Position numbers and translations under genes: made by a program
In this document: one piece after another, positions 17,421 to 22,863 of the stretch
Layout of the letters: each line of letters opens with the position of its first letter
Numbering within the stretch: position 1 is the stretch's first letter
Assembly (NCBI GenBank): GCA_038236185.1
Contig: JBBSTE010000002.1
Location: 3,219 to 35,218, forward strand
Source: Sphingomonadales bacterium
GTDB taxonomy: Bacteria > Pseudomonadota > Alphaproteobacteria > Sphingomonadales > Sphingomonadaceae
Length of the DNA: 32,000 nucleotides
Reading direction: 5' to 3'
Notes under the pieces: model-generated
The model's database searches: none
Told to the model about the DNA's origin: nothing
Seen by the model: only the letters and a program-made list of their open reading frames with translations

Positions 17421-18107
17421 ATGGACAAACCGACGCCCCCCGAACGCAAGGCGGAGATGCAGCGCCTTTTCGCAAAATACGATTACCTGACCGCCTATCG
17501 GATGTTCACCGACTGGTTCGTCGCGCGCGATCCGCACGGCGCGGTCGGCAGCCAATGGGAGGAACTGGGGCAGCTCCAGATCGAATATATGCTGGCGCAC
17601 GGAATGAAGCCCGAGCACCGTCTGCTCGATTTCGGCTGCGGGACGCTCCGCGCGGGGCGGCATTTCATCCGCTACCTCGATGCGGGCCGTTATACCGGGG
17701 TCGATCTTTCGGCGGGCGCGCTGGCCTACGGCAAATCGCTTGTTGCCGAGGAGGGGCTGGAGGACAAACACCCCCGCCTCATCCAGAACACCGATATCGC
17801 GACGCTCTCGTATCGTGCGGATTCGTTCGATTACATCATGGCGCAATCGGTCTTCACACATTTGCGCCTGCCCGAAATCGGCGCGTGTCTGAAGAGCTTC
17901 GCGAGCGTCATGCACGCGGGGACCGCGTTGTTCTTCACCTATAACGAAGCCCCCGAGGCGACCGAGACGACGCTCAAGGATTTCAAATTTCCCTTCGAGG
18001 CGATCGCCGAACGCGCGCGCGAACGCGGCATTTCGGTCGAACGCCGCGACGATTACCCGCACCCGCGCGGGCAGCTGATGGCGGAGGGGCGACTGACCGC
18101 GGCTTGA
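17421..18107 (+). CDS. Class I SAM-dependent methyltransferase (Methyltransf_11/25-like)
   Basis: AAGGAG at 17404-17409 lies upstream of ATG 17421. Motif I is HRLLDFGCGTLRAGRHF. The acidic residue at the end of beta2 is in YTGVDLS. The post-I/II region is FDYIMAQSVFTHL. Confidence 0.7.
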   Translation: MDKPTPPERKAEMQRLFAKYDYLTAYRMFTDWFVARDPHGAVGSQWEELGQLQIEYMLAHGMKPEHRLLDFGCGTLRAGRHFIRYLDAGRYTGVDLSAGALAYGKSLVAEEGLEDKHPRLIQNTDIATLSYRADSFDYIMAQSVFTHLRLPEIGACLKSFASVMHAGTALFFTYNEAPEATETTLKDFKFPFEAIAERARERGISVERRDDYPHPRGQLMAEGRLTAA

Positions 18108-19036
18108 TCGCGTGCCTTGCGGGATGTCTCGCGCTTTGGTCTAACCGTCTGGGGCGCAATGATCGTGGGGGCGGTTCGGTGGCGGATGTCTTTGTCTCGT
18201 ACAAGCGCGAGGACGAGGCCGGGGTGGCGCGGCTGGTCAAGGCGCTGCGTGGACAGGCGCTGAGCGTCTGGTGGGACCGCGACATCCCGACCGGCGCGCC
18301 GTGGGAAGACACGATCGAGCGCGAACACGCGGCGGCGCGGTCGATCGTCGTCTGCTGGTCGAAGGCGGCGGTCGCGAGCGAGAACGTCAAGGCCGAGGCG
18401 CGCGCCGCGCGCGCCGATCACCGCCTCGTCCAGACCTTCATCGAGCCGTGCAATCCGCCGATGTTCTTCGGCGAGCGGCAGGGCGTCGATCTGTCGGGCT
18501 GGAGCGGTAAGGCCGACGATCCCCGTTTTCAGGCGGTCCTCGCGGCGGTGCGCGCGGCGCTCGACGGCAAGGCGGCTGAAGCTGGAGTCGGCGCAATTGC
18601 CGCGGGTACGTCTCGCAAGCCATTCATCCTGGCGGGAGTCGCTGCGGCGGTGCTCGTCGCGGGCGGGATCGGCGCGATGGCGCTGCGGCCCGAGCCTGCG
18701 AAGGTTATGCCGAAGGCCGCCCCCGCGCCCAGCCCCGCCGACGTCCTGCTGGCGAAGGTGGATGGAAAGTGGGGCGTCCAGAACAAGTGCGACGAGAGCT
18801 ATCGCTACCGCGTCGCCAGGGACGCGGCGACGGGCGACAAGCATATCTTCGCCGAGCGTCCCGGTTTCAAATCGGAGGGCCGGGTCGTCAGCGCCGCCGA
18901 CGGGGTGATCCTGTCGGAGGCGCTCGAACCCGCGGCGGATCGCGGCAATCTCGTCGAACTCCGGCCCGAACCGGGGCAGCTCGTGCTGCAAGACCGGCGG
19001 ACCGACACGCGGCTGGTGCTCGTCAAATGCCGCTGA
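18104..19036 (+). CDS. Membrane-anchored TIR-domain protein: N-terminal cytoplasmic TIR, one TM helix, small C-terminal extracytoplasmic domain
   Basis: TIR (TIR_2-like) signature DVFVSYKREDEAGVARLVKALRGQALSVWWDRDIPTGAPWEDTIEREHAAARSIVVCWSKAAVASENVKAEA. The Glu at codon 18395-18397 sits at the position of the conserved catalytic Glu. The TM helix PFILAGVAAAVLVAGGIGAMAL is at 18620-18685. The ~97-aa C-terminal domain has two Cys residues. The track start is TTG 18104, overlapping the upstream stop. The more likely start is GTG 18179, giving MADVFVSY... Confidence 0.8.
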   Translation: MIACLAGCLALWSNRLGRNDRGGGSVADVFVSYKREDEAGVARLVKALRGQALSVWWDRDIPTGAPWEDTIEREHAAARSIVVCWSKAAVASENVKAEARAARADHRLVQTFIEPCNPPMFFGERQGVDLSGWSGKADDPRFQAVLAAVRAALDGKAAEAGVGAIAAGTSRKPFILAGVAAAVLVAGGIGAMALRPEPAKVMPKAAPAPSPADVLLAKVDGKWGVQNKCDESYRYRVARDAATGDKHIFAERPGFKSEGRVVSAADGVILSEALEPAADRGNLVELRPEPGQLVLQDRRTDTRLVLVKCR

Positions 19037-21090
19037 TGCCGCGCAGCGTCCGGACCAGCGTCGGACGGCTGCGGCGCAGCGCGAGGCAATATCCCGGCGG
19101 CGGCCCGACGGTGTTTCGCGCGACGCTCGCGCTTGCGATGTTCCTGCTCGGGCTGAAGGGCTTCCAGCAAGTCTATCAGCCGCAGAGTTTCGCGGACTGG
19201 AGCGACTGTCTGTTCCGCACAGGACAGCTCGTCGTCGGCCAGTTTCCGAGCGAACTGGTGCCGGGACTCGGCGATCCGCACAGGGCTATCCCGGTCTACC
19301 TCAATCTCGCGCGGTTCGCGTTGCCGCTGCTGGCGTTGTGGTTCGCGGTGTCGGCGCTGATCAAGCGCATCCGCCAGCCACTGCGCTCGGCGGGCGCGGG
19401 GCTGCTGTCGGACCATCTCGTCTTCGCAGGGGCCGGCGAGACGCTTCCCGCGCTGCTCGCCGAGGCGAAACGCGAGAAGCGGCGCGCGGTCGTGATCGGA
19501 CCCGCACCCGCGCCCGCCGATCTCGCGGGCGCGATCGTCGTTCCGGGCGACCCCTCCGACGTCGAGAGCTGGCGGCAGATCGGCTTGAGTCGGGCGCGCG
19601 CGGTGGTGATCACCGGCATGAAGGACGGGCCGGCGTTGAGCGCGGCGCTGGCCGCGACGGAGGTCGCGCGCGCCGAACGCCCGGCGACGCGCGAGCCGCT
19701 CGGGATCGTCTGCTCGGTCGATAGCGCCGATCTGCGCGCCCTGCTCGACAGCGTGTTTCGCGGGCAGGACCCGATCGCGGGCGTGGTGCTCCACGCGACC
19801 TCGCCCGCGCGGGTCAGGGCGCGCGCGCTGCTCTCCCGGCACCCGCTCTATCGCGGCGTCGATGTCGAGGCGGGCGAAGGTGTTCATGCCTTGATCGTCG
19901 GGTTTGGTCGCACCGGAGAGGAGGTCGCGCTCCAGGTCCTGAAGACCGGCATCGTCGACGAGACGACCCCGCCGCGCGTCACCGTCGTCGATCCCGACGC
20001 GACGCGGCTCGGACGGGCGTGGCGCGAGCGACTCGACCACGCCGCGCCGCTCGATCGCGTAACCTTCATCGACGCCGCGATCGATCCGGCGGATCGCGAC
20101 GCGCTCGCGGAACTGCTCGACCGGATCGGCGCGGTCAATGCGATGTACGTCTGCCCGCGCGATGATACTCAGGCATTGCTGATCGCAGTGGCGATCCGGC
20201 GCGTCTATGCGAAACGCGGGGCGGGCGCGCCGCCGCTCTATTGCTATCAACGCGACGCCGACGATCTGAGCCGGCACTTCTCGGGGGCCGAACTCGGCGA
20301 TTTGGACCTCACCCGCATCCACGGTTTCGGTCATGCCGAGGCGCGACGCCTCGAATCGCTGACCGGCGAGACGCTCGATCGCCGCGCGCGGCAGATCCAC
20401 GAGGCGTATCTCGCCGAGTTCGGCGGCGGCGGTGCGGAGTCGCAGCGGCCCTGGCCATTGCTGGGAGACCTCTACCGGCAGGCGAACCGCGATCAGGCGG
20501 ATTATCTGCCGATGCGTCTCGCCTGCCTCGGCCTGCGCGAGGTCGATGAGCCCGGTGCGGTTTCTCTCTCGGCCGAAATGCTGGAGCGCGCCGCGCGGAG
20601 CGAGCACGCGCGCTGGGCGACGAGCGCGGAACTCATCGGCTGGCGGCTCGGCGCGCGCGACAATCCGCGCCAGCTGCATCCCGATCTGGCGCCGTACGAG
20701 CGGCTGAGCGAGATCGACAAGGCCAAGGATCGCGCGGTGATCCGCAACCTCGCTTCGCTGCTCGCGCGGCATCGCGCGGGGCTTCGTGCGGTCGAGACGC
20801 TCGCCTTGACGGCCGATCCCGGTGGCGATGCGGCGGAACAGGCGAAGGCGCTTTTGCGGCGGGTTCGCGCGGTATCCGATACCGCGCCGGTGGTCGTCGC
20901 CGCGCTGGCGGCGCCCACCGAGGTGGCGGTGCTGCGGCGGGCGGCGGCGCGCGCGCCCGATCTGGTCTGGCGGTTGCGGCTCGCTCCCGACGCGGTCGCG
21001 CGCATCCGCGTCTGGCCCGCCGCACAGGACCGCGAAGACGCGCGGTGGCTCGTTAACCACGCCGATCAGGTGCTGTTCCTCAAGGAATAG
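19027..21090 (+). CDS. Membrane protein with 2 N-terminal TM helices, two TrkA_N/RCK-like Rossmann domains, a RyR (ryanodine-receptor repeat) domain and an uncharacterised ~100-aa tail
   Basis: Track ORF 18769..21090, trimmed to ATG 19027 (MPLMPRSVRT...), which overlaps the TIR gene stop (19034-19036) by 10 nt. TM helices are at about 19108-19164 and 19288-19365. Rossmann 1 is degenerate (HLVFAGAGETL). Rossmann 2 is canonical (HALIVGFGRTGEEVA...VTVVDPD). The RyR motif is EHARWATSAELIGWRLGARDNPRQLHPDLAPYERLSEIDKAKDRAVIRNL, compared with the animal RyR repeat HELWA-x6-GWTYG-x2-RD-x3-K-x-HPCLV-x-(F/Y)-x2-L-x-E. Confidence 0.7.
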   Translation: MPLMPRSVRTSVGRLRRSARQYPGGGPTVFRATLALAMFLLGLKGFQQVYQPQSFADWSDCLFRTGQLVVGQFPSELVPGLGDPHRAIPVYLNLARFALPLLALWFAVSALIKRIRQPLRSAGAGLLSDHLVFAGAGETLPALLAEAKREKRRAVVIGPAPAPADLAGAIVVPGDPSDVESWRQIGLSRARAVVITGMKDGPALSAALAATEVARAERPATREPLGIVCSVDSADLRALLDSVFRGQDPIAGVVLHATSPARVRARALLSRHPLYRGVDVEAGEGVHALIVGFGRTGEEVALQVLKTGIVDETTPPRVTVVDPDATRLGRAWRERLDHAAPLDRVTFIDAAIDPADRDALAELLDRIGAVNAMYVCPRDDTQALLIAVAIRRVYAKRGAGAPPLYCYQRDADDLSRHFSGAELGDLDLTRIHGFGHAEARRLESLTGETLDRRARQIHEAYLAEFGGGGAESQRPWPLLGDLYRQANRDQADYLPMRLACLGLREVDEPGAVSLSAEMLERAARSEHARWATSAELIGWRLGARDNPRQLHPDLAPYERLSEIDKAKDRAVIRNLASLLARHRAGLRAVETLALTADPGGDAAEQAKALLRRVRAVSDTAPVVVAALAAPTEVAVLRRAAARAPDLVWRLRLAPDAVARIRVWPAAQDREDARWLVNHADQVLFLKE

Positions 21091-21097
21091 CCGCGTC

Positions 21098-21130
21098 TTG
21101 ATTATATAAGCATACGCATTATATGTGCCG
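21098..21130 (+). promoter_or_regulatory. AT-rich putative promoter/operator of the marR-emrAB operon
   Basis: TTGATT (21098-21103) followed by ATATAA-N9-TTATAT (inverted repeat, about 21104-21124), ending 8-9 nt before the marR ATG at 21133. It is the only AT-rich patch for kilobases. MarR regulators usually bind palindromes overlapping their own promoter. No canonical spacing was verified. Confidence 0.3.
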
Positions 21131-21132
21131 CC

Positions 21133-21576
21133 ATGAGCGACAATATCGGATTTCTGATCAGCGACGTTTCGCGCCTGATGCGGCGGCGTTTCGACGAAAG
21201 CGCGCGGCTGATCGGCGTGACGCGCGCGCAGTGGCGCGCGCTGACCACCCTCAACCGCAACGAAGGCATCAACCAGGGCGGACTCGCCGACTTGCTCGAG
21301 GTCGAACCGATCACTTTGTGCCGGATGATCGACCGGCTCGAGGAAGCGGGGCATGTCGAGCGCCGCCGCGACCCCAACGATCGCCGCGCCTGGCGGATTC
21401 ATCTCACCGAAACCTCGCGCCCTTTGCTCGATCAGCTCAGGAGAATCGCCGACGATCTTTTCGCGCGCGCGCTCTACGGGATCGATGCGCGCGATCAGGC
21501 GCGATTCGTCGCGACGCTGGGCGCGATCCGCGAAAACCTGAGCGATGACGGCGCGGAGGTGGCGAGTCATGGCTGA
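21133..21576 (+). CDS. MarR family transcriptional regulator (EmrR-like)
   Basis: 147 aa. The winged-helix region is LTTLNRNEGINQGGLADLLEVEPITLCRMIDRLEEAGHVERRRDPNDRRAWRIHLTE (the DxR wing motif typical of MarR). It overlaps the downstream emrA start by 8 nt. Confidence 0.85.
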   Translation: MSDNIGFLISDVSRLMRRRFDESARLIGVTRAQWRALTTLNRNEGINQGGLADLLEVEPITLCRMIDRLEEAGHVERRRDPNDRRAWRIHLTETSRPLLDQLRRIADDLFARALYGIDARDQARFVATLGAIRENLSDDGAEVASHG

Positions 21577-22660
21577 CGCCGATCCCCAGCGCAACCTGAC
21601 CGTCGATGCGGTCGAGATCGCTCCGCCCGAGGACGCCTCCGCGGAAACCAAGCGGCAGGGCTGGCTGCGTCCGCTGCTGATGATCAGCGTGCCGCTGCTG
21701 ATCGCGTTGATCGGCGGCTATTTCTGGCTGACCTCGGGGCGGTTCGTCTCGACCGACAACGCCTATCTGCAACAGGACAAGGTGTCGGTTTCGTCCGATG
21801 TCGCCGGGCGGATCGTCCAGGTCGCGGTGCGCGAGAACCAGGTCGTGAAAACTGGCGACCTCCTGTTCCGCGTCGATCCCGATCCGTACCGGATCGCGGT
21901 CGATCAGGCCAATGCCGCGATCGCCGACGCGCAGGTCGAGGTCACCTCGCTGCAGGCGGATTTTCGCGGGACGAGCGCGGACATCCAGGCGGCGCGCGAC
22001 CAGATCCTGTCGGCGCGGCAGGACTACGACCGCCAGGCCGAGTTGATGAAGCGCGGCTTCACGACGCGCGCGCGGCTCGAGCAATCCGAACATGCGCTCG
22101 AACAGGCGCGCGCCGCGCTCGGTAACGCGCAGGCGAACGCCGCCGAGGCCAAGGCGAAGCTCGCGACCGGCAGCGCGGTTCCCGGCGTCTCGCCCGCGAT
22201 CGCCGCGGCGCGAGTGCAGCGCGCCAAGGCCGCGCTCGATCTCGGGCGGACGTCGGTCGTCGCCCCGGTCGGCGGCACGATCAGCCAGTCGGATCGGCTT
22301 CAGGTCGGCCAGATGATGATGACCGGGCTGCCCGCGGTCAGCATCGTCGTGAACGGCAAGTCCTGGGTCGAAGCGAATTTCAAGGAAACCGACCTCAACC
22401 ACATGCGCGTCGGCCAGCCCGCCGAGATCAGCTTGGACGCCTATAAGGGGCTGAAGCTGAAGGGCCATGTCCAGTCGATCGGCGCGGGCACGGGCTCCGA
22501 ATTCTCGGTGCTGCCGGCGCAGAATGCGACGGGCAATTGGGTCAAGGTGACGCAACGCGTACCGGTCCGCATCGCGATCGACGAAGCAAGCCCGCGCCGG
22601 TTGATCGCCGGGCTGAGCGCCGACGTGACCGTCGATATCCGCGATTCCGGCGCGCGTTAG
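21569..22660 (+). CDS. emrA: HlyD/EmrA-family membrane fusion protein of an MFS efflux pump
   Basis: Track ORF 21545..22660. ATG 21569 is preferred because GGAGG at 21556-21560 lies upstream. It has a single N-terminal TM helix (LLMISVPLLIALIGGYFWL), the lipoyl-like motif VSTDNAYLQQDKVSVSSDVAGRIVQVAVRENQVVKTGDLLFRVDP, a coiled-coil region and a C-terminal beta-barrel. Confidence 0.85.
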   Translation: MADADPQRNLTVDAVEIAPPEDASAETKRQGWLRPLLMISVPLLIALIGGYFWLTSGRFVSTDNAYLQQDKVSVSSDVAGRIVQVAVRENQVVKTGDLLFRVDPDPYRIAVDQANAAIADAQVEVTSLQADFRGTSADIQAARDQILSARQDYDRQAELMKRGFTTRARLEQSEHALEQARAALGNAQANAAEAKAKLATGSAVPGVSPAIAAARVQRAKAALDLGRTSVVAPVGGTISQSDRLQVGQMMMTGLPAVSIVVNGKSWVEANFKETDLNHMRVGQPAEISLDAYKGLKLKGHVQSIGAGTGSEFSVLPAQNATGNWVKVTQRVPVRIAIDEASPRRLIAGLSADVTVDIRDSGAR

Positions 22661-22687
22661 GATGGGCCGAAGATCCGAGCGTGAAAT

Positions 22688-22863
22688 CCCTCTCCCGCTT
22701 TTGCGGGAGAGGGAGGGGCCCGCGAAGCGGGAGGGTGCGGGTCTTCTTTCTTCTTCTTGCCAGGCGCGCGTCGGTGAAAGAAGAAGAAAGAAGACCCTCA
22801 CCCAACCCTCTCCCGTAAGCGGGAGAGGGCTAAGAAGAAGCGGCCGCTTAGATGGCGGCCGCT
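22688..22863. repeat. Nested palindromic intergenic repeat element (REP/MITE-like) between emrA and emrB
   Basis: Hairpin A is CCCTCTCCCGC-tttt-GCGGGAGAGGG (22688-22713). The central hairpin has a perfect 20-bp stem, GGGTCTTCTTTCTTCTTCTT (22739-22758) / AAGAAGAAGAAAGAAGACCC (22778-22797). Hairpin C is CCCTCTCCCG-taag-CGGGAGAGGG (22806-22829). Hairpin D is AGCGGCCGC-ttagatg-GCGGCCGCT (22839-22863). Confidence 0.7.

Noticed and set aside
17106-18062. 318-aa minus ORF and 255-aa plus ORF (17177..17944) overlapping the two plus-strand methyltransferase genes.
   Set aside because: No motifs, and Arg/Gly/Pro-rich. The plus-strand frames at 16611..17396 and 17421..18107 carry SAM-binding motif I and, for 17421, a good RBS.
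19027-19400. Calling the RyR-domain protein a K+ channel (2 TM + RCK domains).
   Set aside because: No T-x-G-Y/F-G selectivity filter or pore-helix-like segment lies between the two TM helices. Only the generic membrane/TrkA_N/RyR description is supportable.
18805-21651. 948-aa ORF on the minus strand, the longest unannotated ORF in the track after the giant GT.
   Set aside because: It lies exactly antisense to the TIR, RyR-domain and MarR genes and even crosses the AT-rich marR promoter. Its composition is extreme (Arg/Pro/Gly/Asp-rich, runs such as RRRPPQHRHLGGRRQRGDDHRRG) and it has no recognisable motif. This is a typical stop-free shadow frame opposite high-GC3 genes. The plus-strand genes carry clear domain signatures.
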